Assembly (NCBI GenBank): GCA_977020255.1
Contig: CDROCS010005070.1
Location: forward strand, 186,001 to 250,000
Length of the DNA: 64,000 nt
Direction: 5' to 3'
DNA from: Obrimoposthia wandeli
Lineage: Eukaryota
Below are positions 1 through 13,516 of the stretch, one piece after another. Every line of letters starts with the position of its first letter. Position 1 is the stretch's first letter. The notes beneath the pieces were generated by a model. It did not search any database and was not told where the DNA came from. It saw nothing but the letters and a program-made list of their open reading frames with translations. The position numbers were made by a program, and so were the translations under genes.

Positions 1-2634
1 GAATAGACGCATCAGCTGGAGAAGCATCGTCAACCCGCTAGCATTGCTGTCGTAGCCGTAACTGAGGCTCTATTGAAGTGGTTAAAGGTGGATATGTACA
101 TATGAATTCTTACCGGGATCATTCCCATTGAATCATAATGAGCCACGACCAGGATGGTTGGAAGCTGCTCCTCTATTCCATTGCCGGCCAGTTTACCCTG
201 TAGACAAGAATACAATCATATATTGTTCGATAAATGCTTCACAAAATTTTATATATTCAACATTTTGTCTTAATAATTCATAAAACGGAAATTAAATATT
301 GACAAATAATTTTGAATAAAGATTATAAATAAAAATCATTATTTTAACTTTGTCGCTCTACAGAAAATTTTGTGCATTTTATTTATATTATGGCAATAAA
401 TTTTAAAATGTATCATTGACAAAACTGAACTGCAAAATCTCTCCAATATATAGCACGATCTTAAACTTTGATCTTAACAATTTAAATACGGTGACCACTT
501 ATGTTTACACCTGTACACTAAAATGTTTAATCGACTAAGAAAATGTTATTATACTGTACTTACAGATCATAAGAACAATATAATCATATTATAATTATTC
601 ATGGGTTATTGGCAAAACAAAAACAGACTTTATTCATGTAAACAGGACCGTAAACCTTCTTAAAGTCAAAATAAAACTGTTTTCAGTGCATTTTTCAATT
701 ATTTCATAAATTGATTTTATCTTAGAAGAATTTAAGGAATATTAAACGTTGGTATTTATGAACAATAATTATCTAATTCATCAATGAAGCTTTCGAGAAT
801 ACTTTATAACTATTTAGAAAGTATTCATTTTAGGTTGATAAACTATTTAAATGGTCTTTTAAGGGTAGTCATTTTTCGGGTACTTTGTAAAGGTATCTCA
901 ATGTACACTTTGTTATAATAGCAAATCTTTGAAATAGGCTTATTTATTTAGCACTTGGAATAATGTTGATTTTTTTATATTAACCATTAACTTATATTGA
1001 TTGGGATTTAGGATTTAATTTTTAATGTCATTTTACTAAATTTCATATAAAATAATTTATTATGTAATAATATCTGTTTAATTGGAAATATTTCCTTAGT
1101 TTTGATCTTAAATAACGATTGTTAGTTAAAAATCAAACTTCTTGAATTTAACTTTTCGTCTGCAAAAAAATTTCTAGAAAATGATCGATATAATATATAC
1201 TTTCAACCCTTTGAGCCGTATTTTAACCCTCGTCATACACATAGTGAATTTGTAAATCAATCCTAAATTCAATAACCAGTTATGTTCTTTTAAAGGCCAA
1301 AATGTGACTTCCCGTATATTATGAATATAGAAGTAAGTTACAATAGCGAGATATTCGCCATATGCTAACTTCGCAATGATTCAACGGATATTTTCCTTTC
1401 CTGAGCCACGAATTTGATCGACCTACATACATGGGCATGTGAATTAAGCACATGTTAAACTATAAACAAGCATATACGGTCATTTAAGTGAAAATTTAAT
1501 AACTATCCCAAAAGTTCAATAAAAAATCCAAACCAATACTGTTTTTCTTCTTAAAAATTTGAAATGCGAATTTAATCATAGTAGAAAAATCATGCATAGT
1601 GTAGACCGTACAGCATATAAATGACTTAAGTTGAGAAATAGCGATGAAAACTTTTACAAATACAGGTATAAATTTGTGAAAGACGTTATCAACAGAATGT
1701 AAACATTTTCTCATTAGATGTTATCCTTAAATTACATCCGATACACAGTGTACCTATTTTACGAAAACTTTTATATTAAAGGTTATTTTTGTATATTGAA
1801 AGTATTTTTTATTATATGTAGAATTAATAACACTAGTTTGTTTCAATTAATTAAACAAATCATTTTATCCGTTAAGCATATAAATCTCTACAAAAGCATA
1901 TTAAATAATAAAAAATTACATATAGATTGATCAATGTAGCGTCGTTGATGGCCTTATTATCATGATACATCGTGTAGAGCTGATAACCGTGACTCCAGAT
2001 GTTGCTCGCAAGAACTGAAATCATATAAAATGAGACCACAAAACTCATATTTACCTTGAAATGCCGAAACCGATGAACCTCCATCACTTAATCGTTGTAC
2101 ATTGTCATAGATAGTTTTAACATTATCAGATTCATAAGTGAAATAAATGGGTATTATAAATTCCTCGGCCAACAATTCATTTTCCAAATTTAGTAAATAC
2201 TGCAAGGTTAACAAAATTCAATCATATCAATAATTACTTCACGAAACGTAGTGGACCATTCATTTTTTGGTGGCATTAAAACTATAATTGCTCCCACATT
2301 CTGAGATATAGCCAACTTTATGGAAGCAGCTGACGCTTCCATTATTTTCATCAAAAGACATTTGCGACCACCAACTTTACTATGCAAAACTTTTGCTTCA
2401 AGATTAATTACTGAGCTTCTGCTACCTTTAATTACAAATTAGGGTCAATAATTCTGTACTCATACCTAATCTAGCGCCTTGAATATCAAATTGTTGCAAT
2501 CTGTAAGCCGTAAAATCTTGGGCAGCTTTAATTGGATCAATTGGTGAAATTATTATGAATAATGATAATAAAATAGTTAGATAATAAGGAAAGAAATTGC
2601 GAAAACAATCGAAAACATCATCAAAAATGGACAT
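1..2634 (-). CDS. NCLN: Nicalin (nicastrin-like, M28-fold) 5' portion; exons 2634-2466, 2425-2238, 2199-2055, 2014-1920, 197-114, 69-<1; continues beyond window start
   Basis: Spliced translation gives signal/anchor then [32 protein letters not shown]...GAIIVLMP...GKLAGNGIEEQLPTILVVAHYDSMGMIP-SLSYGYDSNASGLTMLLQLMRLF, matching Nicalin motifs (AHEFTVYRMQQYD, LPTIVIVAHYD, GADSNGSG). All five introns are GT-AG and the frame is preserved. Confidence 0.9.
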
Positions 2635-4756
2635 TATCAAAATTATGAATTATTACGTTAAAAATTCTATGCAGAAAAACAAAAGAATTTTAAAATATTA
2701 TCGTTATCTAGACACGCAATATTTGAGTTATAAAACATATAAACAATAATCTCTTTAATGACGTTTATATTATGTAACTAAAATCTATCAGAATGAAAAT
2801 CTTAAAAATTCATATAAAATAGTTGTAGTTAAATGCATGAAATTAAAACTTTATTAAATTATATCTTTATATTTTAAATTATTTAAAACGTTTGATTTAG
2901 AAAAAATAACTAATTTTAATTTTACTTGAAATTAATTAATTAAGAAACCAATTATTTTATTATAATAAATTATTTCAATTAATAAGAATGTAAATGGGGT
3001 TAAGTCAATGAACCATCGTAAATTATTTTATTTTGAATTTTTACGCTTTTGTTGTCTAAATAATCAAAAATAACTCATTGAATTAAAGACAGAAAGATCA
3101 TTTTGAACCATTGTAGAAATGACAAACAAATTATATTTTAAAAATTATGAAGATAACTTAAAACTATCATTGAAGTAATTTTGAATTTTTCAAACTATTT
3201 TAAAGGCAGTTAAACCATTTGTAATTTATAAATATCTAGTAACTTTCATTACAAGTTCTAAAATGGTTTAAAAAATTCAGAATATAACAAAGACAAACAT
3301 TTATTATTTCATATATAACAAACAATTTTGAATTATTGATAAATTGCAAAATGATAATCACTATGTACATATTTTCATTAAATATGAAAATTAATTACCA
3401 GCACATCCATGAAATTGTTTTTTCATTTGTAATAAAAATCATATTAGATTAAATGTATTGTTGTAAATGTCATTCTTAATAAAATTCAAATTTTATAGAT
3501 TTTCTTAAAATAGTTTCTGAAAAATAGTATTGATGCTAAGAAATGATTCTAATATATTATTTTTGAATATTTGATTTTTTAAATTTTATCTTACCATTTA
3601 ATATTAAAAGTATTAATAATAATGTTATTTATTTATTTTTACTTGTTTATTAAAGAAATTAGGAAAATAGCGCCGTAATATAGATAAAAATGTTCAATCT
3701 GCAAAAAACAATCCGATAAGCCTTGCACTGATCCAAACAACTACCATAGCACAAAAAGTTCTACAATCTCCTAAAACAATAAAAATTAAATCAATCATTA
3801 CATCTTCACATCTTCCAATAAATTACCATCGTCTGACTTCATAGCCATTGATAAATCTAAAACAAATAAGTAATATATCCAATGAAATTCTCAACATTTG
3901 TATTGAAATTGGTTTTTACACATCACGCATCAAAAACTACACTATATAATACTACCCTTGACCCTTCAACTGTAACTTCCTCTTACTGTCTTCAAACATC
4001 ATCTTGTAATGTTCAGACTAGAGTTGTTACATTTCTTAAGAAATCATCTAGCTCGTCAATTCTTAAAGATATGGGACTTGTGTGTAAGGCCTACCTGTTT
4101 TTTTCCAATCTGGAGGCAAAAACGTACAATACAGACAATATATTATAACACCACGTAAATCGTAAAAAATAATTAAAATGTAACTCCAAACATATCTAAC
4201 ACACTATAATATATACAATATATACATATCCAGGACTATAAATATAACAATTATGCTTGCTTCATCTAAATAGCAATGTTATTATTCTTCAGACAAACAC
4301 TAAGCACATTTACATGGACAACACCAGCGTCGCTAGCATACATATTAGCCCTGAAGTAGACTCGCACTCACCACTAGTTGGTCATACAATGTGATTACCC
4401 TTTGAGCGGAGATATATGGAAAGGGTTGTAATAAAATAACGTTATATTGGCGCGAAAAAATACATCGCGAGAAATTGTTTTCACACCTTTAGGGTTCGAC
4501 AAAAAAAATCTGTGTAAGTATTTATATCTATACACTGTCAAAAATGTTATGTTTTTCGCCCCTCAAACACCAAATTACTACTGTTCTAACTATGCACACA
4601 CACAAACAAAGTCAAAAGCTTAACAAAGTACTTTGAGTTTTTGAATAAATTAATAGAATAGCACACTCTCATTGGACGATGAAAAATGGTTAGTATGATG
4701 GTAGTGTATATTAAAAAGCTGTTTAATTCATTTTTCATTAATTTTAAATCATAAAA

Positions 4757-7700
4757 ATGCTTCATTACAACAATGTCAATATAGATGTGAAGCTCGAAGA
4801 GAAGCTGTGCGGTGACTTCTTTCTAGTGCAGCGACAAATGCCCCCATCATCGCAGAACATTGACTTACTCAGACAATACTCGATGGTGGTGAATAAACAT
4901 CTCGCTACGACGAGACCAGAAGAAGCAGTAGCAAGACAGGTAAGATGAAAATCAACGCAGTACATCGACTTGATTAGTCAAGAGTCGATGGACCTGGGCC
5001 AACTTATCGTCAATTCGCCTCCAAGAGCAAGAGCAACAGAAGAATCAAGAGAAAGAGAAGCAACATGATGAGAAGAGGTATAAAGATCCTAATACATTGA
5101 CCTGATTAGTCAGGATTCGGTAGAAGATTGGGAATACTGTTCTCCTCAGCAAACCACGGTCAACATTGATCAGTCATCAAGTTTAGTGAAAATAACAAGA
5201 CTGTCGGTAACGCCGGCGAGGAAAATTACTAACCTTTTCGACACTTATGAGGCCAGCATCAAACGCCAATGTCCATGGCAATTGATGCCATTGTCTCAGC
5301 CGGACTTCGACAAGAACCTGCTCAGTGATAAGGAACCACCTCTCGATTCCACAACATTCAGGAACACAAGAGAAGGAGTATGAGGATTTGACTCCGTTCG
5401 TCAAGGATTGGGACGGTGTGACTCCGCATCTTCCATAAAATTCTCTTGCACGAGCATTCAGTGACAGCATCATGGTCAAGTTTGACGAGGATGAGGATTT
5501 AACTTCTTTCTTCAACGAATGAGATAGTGTCACACCAACTCTCCCGACAAGCAGTGAAGCTCCAGCCAGAAGTGATTCAGTCATCGCTGAGTTGGGTGAT
5601 GACGAATGGCCTCTTTCACTGATGAATGTGATGGTTTTACTCCATAATCTGGTACTCTAATCCCTACTGCAAACGACACGGTGATGCTGCCAGAGTCCAT
5701 GTTTCGAAGGCTGCAGACTCATGTGAGACTATTTAAATAATATGTTTTAAAATTTTTCTTTCTTCAGAAACTCTAACTGTATATGGCTCCATCATTGACT
5801 TTGGTGGAGAGGCTGCTATAATCATAGATTATCGCCAACCAATGCTGTAAAGAGTTACCAAGGACTCAGCTGCGAAACCTGACGCGCTACGATATTATAC
5901 AGATAAATTATTTAAATTAAGAAAAAATAATAATTTTTCTTTTATTCATTTAGGAACCCGATCCGGTGCAGCACGTGGAGGGGGTACTAGAAAAGAATGT
6001 TCCCATCATACCGACAGACCAAAAACAAACAGTGGTTTGGAAATCATGGAGGCATAAGGTGATGACTAAAACTGTCAGAAGCAAGAAGACAAAGTTGGCG
6101 AAGCAGTGAACACTTCCAAAAATAAAGGTAAATTATTTACATAATCTTTAAAGGTATTTATGTTTTAATGCAGGAACCCAATCAGATCAGTTGCTGGAAG
6201 ATGCTACTATTATCGCTTCAAAATGCTAACAGCGGGCGGGGTTGTACAAGCCGAAGAAGACGGTGATCATCAAAAGTCTCGCGACTTCAGAGGTGCCGAT
6301 AATAGAGCAAGAGAAACCGATTTATTATTTATAAAATTAAATTCCCCAAAATAAAGGAGCTAATGGCATGGATAGCAGAAAATATCAGCAATAATGTCAA
6401 GAAAGGAGACCAGCGGTAGATCTTAAACCAACAGCTACATGCTGCTGTCACGACATAATTGAACAAGAAGATGCAGTTACAGGATAAACGACAGATAGAA
6501 AGAAAAATGGTATATTTTAATGACTTTCTTCTCTGACTATTAATTTTCGTTAAAATTACTTAATATAAAAAATTCCGGATAGTTTCTTAATATTTGAAAT
6601 AACATTACTAAGTATAAACTAAGTAAACAATTCCATAAAATGGGCGATAAAATATAATGGAATAAATTAGTAACTAAATTGTCTCCAGATTTAATGGAAG
6701 TACACGATTTTTTAAATTGATTATTGATACTCCAAAAATTGTTGTAGATAAATTATGCAATTTACTTCCAAAATATTTAGGTAGGATTATAATTTATGTA
6801 CCTTTTATTATTATTAATATGAGATTTGAAATTATATACCAACATTAACGAGAAAAAAGAATGCTGTAAAATATAAAATATTTTAAAATTTTAATAATAT
6901 TTTGTTTTTATTATTTATTTTTATTTTTAATTGTTATAAACAAAGGCATTTATGATTAATTTTTGATAATTATGCATGAATATCTTATTGACTTTGAGGC
7001 TTTCATTAATAAAAATGTAGATTATATTATAAAATAATTGTGCAATCCTTCATGTAGATATTCCGTTTAAGTATTTAGATTATAAAAATAAATTTACTAA
7101 TTTGTATCTCATTAAATATTTCTCATTTATCTCATAAGACAAGGTTTTAATTGTAGGTATATTACGTCTGATGAAGATAAGGACAAGGAGTATCCTGTGT
7201 CCTTCGATGAACATGGGGCTCACCTGTACACCTTCACGACCAACAACAAGAAGAATGCCATCATTTATTTGGTGTATACAATTTTGAATGGTCCAGCCCC
7301 AGCACCAGCAGTTACCTTCAAGCCTGCTTTTTATCCGGAAATCGCCCCGTCTATCACCTCTCCGGTTACCATTCCTGCAACCGAGTCATCCACTCATCTT
7401 ACTAACATTGAGTGGATGGATGTCATCAGCCAAGAATATTTTGAGGCGGAGAACACTGTACCAGATCCATTAACTAAACTCTCGAACAATGACTGGATGG
7501 ATAAAATAACTCAGCCGAATCTCGAGATGTAGCAGAAATTAACTCAGTGGAGTGACAACAGCCATTTGGTGCACTCTACTTCAAAGGGTCCAACCCCAAC
7601 TCCAGCAGTAGCAGTTACCTTCGAGTCAACAACTGCCTTTTATCTTAAAATTGCCCCAAATGACGCCTATCCAGTTTCCGTGTCTGCATCTGAGTTATTC

Positions 7701-8270
7701 ACTCAACTTACCAACAATGAATGGATTGATAACATCAGTCAAGCATAATTTGAAGAGAAAATCACTGTGCAAAAGCTAGGAACTCAACTCTCAAACGACG
7801 GGATGGGTAAAATAACCCAGTCGGATTTTGTCATGAAGCAGCCTTCAACTCAGTGAAGCGATAACAGCTGGTTGAACGGAATCAGCGAATCTGATTTCCA
7901 GTTGACCGATGACAGATGGATGGATGCACCAGTAGTTTGATCTGCTTCATTGGGTTTCAGAAGTGATTATTAGTTATGATTTTAAAAAAAAAGAAGTCAT
8001 ATAAATTATTTTATATTATGTTTTTCTATCAAGAACATCTTCGACAATTATGCCAACACTGGTGACTTCCCCTACAATGGCTGCATTTCACCTTCCATAA
8101 ATGATACTTAGAACGATATATGCAGGATTTAGAGGCAAGGTTTAAAATAATTATAACTAATTTAATATATTTTATTCAGCAGGTGCATCATCTGCATCAT
8201 CGGCCTTAACAGTAGTCACCTACCGATGTTCAGCATTGTCAACTCCAATGCCTAAAGTCTAAATCCAGTA
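4757..8270 (+). pseudogene. Decayed, intron-containing coding region of unknown identity directly upstream of the Polinton integrase
   Basis: GC-richer coding-like stretches broken by stops, with AT-rich 45-46 nt GT-AG intron-like gaps (5723-5767, 6128-6173). No family recognised. Confidence 0.35.
7288..7870 (+). repeat. Diverged ~300-bp tandem duplication (7288-7563, 7584-7870) encoding a Pro/Thr-rich module
   Basis: Parallel peptides GPAPAPAVTF..AFYPEIAP..THLTNIEWMDVISQ and GPTPTPAVAVTF..AFYLKIAP..TQLTNNEWIDNISQ; both copies end AACTCAGTG.AG.GA.AACAGC. Confidence 0.8.
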
Positions 8271-8286
8271 TATATATATTTTAGAA

Positions 8287-8960
8287 GCAATGAAGCAATT
8301 CACTAAAGAAATAAAACCTACAAATTTTTAAACTGACAATGCAAAGGAATTTTATAATAAACATGTTAGTGCATTATTGAAGAAAAATTGTATAATTCAT
8401 TTTTCTGCATTTTCTCAATATAAAGCTACATTAGTTGAAATATTCAATTGAACATTGAGAAAATTATTTAAAACATGTTTTATTAAAATTTAGAAAAATT
8501 CTTGGGTTTCCATTTTACTTAAAATAACTCATGCATGTAATCACGGTGAGCACTCATCATTAAAGGGTAAGAGATCCGCAGACATTTCAGATGAAAATGC
8601 TACGAAAATATGACAAAGACGTAATCAGAGCGAGGTTGTAAGAAAACCAAATTACAAGATTGGAGATTATGTGCGAATTTCACAAATTGGTACTACTCCC
8701 TATAAAAAAGAATTTCAAAGAGAATTGGAGTGATGAGGAGTTTCGTATAACAACAACAAAAAAACATTTCCGTAATGCGCCGGTAATGTATTTCATTGAA
8801 GATAAAACCAATAATGAAATTGTTGAAAAGTTTTATCAGGAAGAATTACAAGTTTTATAGTCAAAGCCGAAAGTATAAGGAATTCTCGAAATCTAAGAGA
8901 CAAAGGGTCGGAGAAATCATAAACAATATCTAGTTAAGTGGCAAGGATAGTTGTGATACT
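8287..8960 (+). pseudogene. Polinton-type DDE integrase with C-terminal chromodomain (degenerate)
   Basis: TDNAKEFYNKHVSALL (TDxGxEFYN), KATLVEIFN*TL (VERFNRTL), PNYKIGDYVRIS, NWSDEEFRI, FYQEELQ, KQYLVKWQG. Confidence 0.8.
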
Positions 8961-9168
8961 TTTTGATGTTGCAAAATTGGATCAAAGGAAAATTTTAGAC
9001 GAAGATATTGAATTTCTTAATTGTCAAAAGCAAAACATCGGATATATGACAGTGCCATCAAAAGTTATAAATCCATACCAGAAACAATTTGTCAATAAAA
9101 TCATCAAAAGTCATATGCTAACAAAGATAGAAAAATAAAAAGATAAACAGCAAGGATGCTATAGCAAA

Positions 9169-12100
9169 ATGGATTATATTTATGAAACTGATGATACAAT
9201 ATTTAGTGATGGTTCAATATCTCAGTTATCGGATTTAAAGAAGATTTATAATAACAGAATCGTATCACTAAGAGCTGCATCTAACTTGTTAGATATGTCA
9301 CATAAAACATTGCCTCGGAAAATTATATATAAGATATAATATGAATATGACGAGTATACGAAAAAAGTGACGAAAATAAATAAAGTTGCCATATATTTTG
9401 ATGGGAAAAGGATAAATAATAAAGAAGACGTGAAACTTACATTTTATACGAAAAAAGAGCTGTATAACAAGATTCACAAACCACGATGTATTAATAGTTA
9501 TTATTTGAATTTGACTAGCGATAATATTATTGAATTAGATGTGCCGCAGCACTTTATCGACTCTTTAAGAGTAATAGTTGAAGAATTCGTTACCTGTAAG
9601 ATGCAATTTGACCTCCAGGTGGAGTTTGAGAATAAGAGTGGTGTGAAACAATGGAACAAGGCTACTTTCTTTTCACCTGAATTCATCGATCAGGGTATAG
9701 AGTCTCTCAATGCTAAGATTGAGAAGAACTCTCAGAATGCCAGTAATTGGCAACTCAATCGTGTCCTGGAGATAAATTTTATTATCATTAAGACCACGGA
9801 AATTAATTATCTCCAAGGAAGAGCATATATTGCTACGCCCAATGAACTTCACAATTCGGTTGTGAATGTTCAGAATACGGGTGCTTTGCGTTTTATTTAT
9901 AGCATACTTGCTATTCTGAAGTATGATATTATATCTCAGCATAGGTATAGAGTCTCACAATATGATCCATATGTAGGAGATTTGATATACTCTTTAAACG
10001 ATATGGCGATGAGATTAGCTGATATCCCTCGTTTCGAAAGAGAGAATTCATCCTTATCAATAAATGTATTCCCTTACAATCACCTTGACATCAATACTTC
10101 TCCGGATCAAGATATTAAAAAAATTCTTTTATTGATACATTATATTGAATCACCAATCCGTAAGGCAATCCAGTTAATCTAATTCTACTGGAAGAAGGTG
10201 ATGAATATCACTACGTTGAAGTTCCAAATCCTAATAGGCTTCTAAACTATCGAAACAAAGAAGAAGGATTTGCACAAATCCAAAGTATATGGTGTCATAA
10301 ATGTCTTTGTGGATTTAGACGCAAAATAAGTTTTGAGAAGCATAAACCTCTTTGTATGATGAATATGGAGCATAATACACTATACCAGATGCCGAAGGAC
10401 AAATATATTCAATTCACAGATTTTTCAAAGACGATTTCACCGGCATTTGTTGTTTACGGAGATTCTGAAGCTGTTCCCCACCCCATTGGATTCATCATCA
10501 AATTCATCTCCTGATAGTGGCCACTATGTTGATGTCTCCAATTTCTGCAACAGGATTCACCCAAGATTACTCATTTTTCACTGGTGAAACCTGTGTTTTT
10601 CAATTCCTCTCCAAGTTGGAGATGTTGCTAAAGACAGTTGTTTTGCCTTGGTATAAGAAACATGCAGTGAAAGTTATGTAAGCACTTACGATCGAGCAAG
10701 AAGCTAGTTTCAAATCGGCTACTAGTTGTTACCTCTGTAATAAGAAATGCATTAAAAAGGTACGAGACCATGATCATATGACGGGTAAGTACCCTGTAGC
10801 TGCTCACAGTAAGTGCAATTTATCCAGACGAGTGAATCGTACTCTCCCCGTGGTGTTTCATTACCCGAGAGGGTACGATCTCCATCACATTTTCAAACAT
10901 GCGCTGAGCAACTTTCCTGACTGGAATGTCTCTGTGATTCCACAGTCTACTGAAAAATTCCAAGCAATGATGGTGCGTATTGGAGGAGTCTGTATTCAAT
11001 TCATCGATTCATTGCAGTTTTTGAATAGTAGTCTTGAAAGACTTGTTAAAAATCTAGTTTCCATTCCATTGACAAATTCTGTTTTTCAACCTCATCTTGT
11101 GAATGGTAAAGGGATATTTTCATATGATATGGCGGTATCAGAGAGTGCTCTCCGATCAATAACAAGCCTTCCACCAAAATGGGATGAAAAGATCAAAAGT
11201 GATCAATATGAGTTGGTGGAGAAAGTTTGGTAAGAGATTGGGTGTGAATCTCTTTGGGACTATATGTTGGTATATCTCAAAATGGACGTATATCTACTTG
11301 CAGATGTGTTTACAACATTTTGAGAGAAGGCTATTGCTTATGACGGACTGGAACCTCTAATTTTTTTTCATTCCAGGTTAGATATTATTATTATTATTTT
11401 TAATTATTTTTTACATAGGTTTAACATTTTCAAGCGCTTTCAAGTAGGTACTGAGCTAACAGCAGAAAGACTGACTGGATCTAGTGTGGAATTGATTCAA
11501 GAACCTGAGATGTATCGACTGTATGAAGAAGGTATTCGTGGAGGAATAACCTTCGTCAATCAACATAAGATTACTAACTCTGAGGATGATACTATTTTGT
11601 ACATTGATGTTAACAATCTTTATGGATGGGCTGTGTCCCAATTTTTACTGGTTGGAGATTTTACCTGGGTAACTGATAGATTGGAATGAGAAGTAATAAT
11701 TCATGAGCTTTCATATAAGGATCTAAGCTGTAGTGATTATGCTCATTTAATGGAAGTAGATATAAGTATTCCGAATGAATTACATGATAAACTTGACGAT
11801 CTTCCATTAGCTCTACGTAAGGATTGCCCGTCTGGAAGTCTTACTTCTAAATTACTTTTAACTCATTATCCAAAGAAGCATTACATTTTCCATTCTCGTC
11901 TGCTTCAGATGTATCTCAGGCTTGGGGCTAAAATAGATTTTTTGCATAGAGCAATTCGGTTTGCACAATGTTATAAAGACAATTCAACAAAAATCGCTGC
12001 TGCCACTAATGATTTTGAACGAAAGAATTTGAAGTTAATTCGTTATTTGGGAAATTTATTGAGAATTTGTAAAACGAATTAATTTATGGATTCGTTATAC

Positions 12101-13490
12101 ATCTCAAAAATTGTTACTTATTGTAGTAAGGCACAATTTCAACGCATGATATAAATAGAATCTGATCTAATAGCTGTTTTAGTGAATAAAGACATGATTT
12201 GTTTGGATATGCCTATTTATATAGGTCAGGCAGTACTAGATATTAGCAAATTGCGAATGTATGAGCTCCAGTACGTGTGTTGGGGTTCTACTTGAAACTA
12301 GATCCTCATATGGAGGTCCCAACGTGAGTTCTGTAGCAATAGGGCTTACAGATGTATGTGGCCTTTTTAGGATTTCTTTTACTTAGTCTCAGTTCTGAAG
12401 GTTTTTTGCACTAATATGTTGCGGGTGTGTAAAGAGGTGTGTTCGCAATGAACCAAAGGGGTTTCCGCTAATGTGGTGTCGTGTGTAAGGGGATTCGTAT
12501 TGCTCTATTCCTATAAGAGATGAACCGAAATCACTTTACTTGATTTGTAGGAAACACTATATTAATTCACACTTAGCTAAAAAGGGTTCTATAGTTGACA
12601 ATAACTTGTCTTATTACACTCGTTTCAATACAGGGTAAACAAGGATGACCCTTACCTAACGTATTGATTTAATTATTTTACCTAGTAAATTGGACGTTCA
12701 ATTTGACGTAATATTTGCTGGTTGTCAAGTGCGTTTTCCTTATCCAGACAACTCTTATTTTAAAACACACTTTTAAATTATCCTCTATTGTAATTCACTC
12801 TCAAGTTATATATTTTCACAAAATATATACAAATTCTTTAAAGTTATGCTTTATCGTAATTCAATTTCAAGTTATGTCTTTCACGATAGATATACAAAAT
12901 TCTTTAAAGTCACTCTTTATCGTATTTTAATTTCAGGTTATGTATTTTCACGATAGATACACGAACTTACCAATCAATAAGGTTCTCCTATGCCGGTTCC
13001 GATCCGCTTGTTAGAATACCAATTAACTGGAAATTGATGAATAACTGGCAATTTGATAATGCTTTTCGCCTTCGCAATTTTCCAATAGTTCCAATAACAA
13101 ATCCCGCTTTTATATGACTACCTTGCACGCGAAGCGCTGAGAATGTCTCCTGTTGTTGGGATGCGACGTTCCTCGATCAAATCTTGCTCCAATCCTTCGA
13201 CTGCCCTGTACCGGCCCTAATGTATTCTTCTCTACTAATTATTGGCGGATGATTCTGGGCTGATTTGTTCCCACTGGTTCTATTAGCGAGTCAATTCACT
13301 AATTTCTTGCTTCTTTAATTACTGACTGTTCTTATTATTTTTCTGTGCCCTTTGTAATAAAATCATTTCTTATATATATCACACAACACACGACCTTTCA
13401 AGGTCTTAAACTTAAACTTATTTTGATTTGTCTTTTTGATATTAATAAAATGTTTCTAACATATGAATACATCTCACTCTGTGTGAAATA
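9169..13490 (+). pseudogene. Protein-primed DNA polymerase B (pPolB), degenerate; split by intron 11377-11418 and solo LTR 12276-13461
   Basis: NWQLNRVLEI..RAYIATP..VVNVQN..FIYSILA, CHKC..H zinc finger, VVYGDSEA, RDHDHMTGKY..AAHSKCNL, FIDSLQFLNSSL, KGIFSYD, YLKMDVYLLADVF, GIRGG, LYIDVNNLYGWA, PIYIGQAVLDISKLRMYELQY|EYI. Confidence 0.9.
12276..13461 (-). mobile_element. Solo LTR A (~1.19 kb) of the Gypsy family seen at 52759+
   Basis: TG...CA ends; 4-bp target duplication TACG (12272-12275) / TATG (13462-13465, one CpG-type transition). Removing it restores pPolB MYELQY-EYI. The left ~260 bp align with 37150-36890 and ~150 bp with 52759+. Confidence 0.75.
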
Positions 13491-13516
13491 GGGAGGGATG
13501 GAGTCATGCTATTCAA

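Larger units (their letters stand above)
8287..13490 (+). mobile_element. Polinton/Maverick remnant 1 (integrase + pPolB), interrupted by a solo LTR; true ends not found
   Basis: Adjacent retroviral-type integrase with chromodomain and protein-primed PolB in the same orientation, both multiply disrupted. Confidence 0.8.

Noticed and set aside
194-204. TACCCTGTAGA matches the first 11 nt of miR-10
   Set aside because: It is the reverse complement of a Nicalin splice acceptor/exon junction; the rest of miR-10 and a hairpin are absent.
7167-7215. CTGATGA as a possible hammerhead ribozyme core
   Set aside because: No stem II followed by GAAA and no closing stems; it lies in coding-like sequence.
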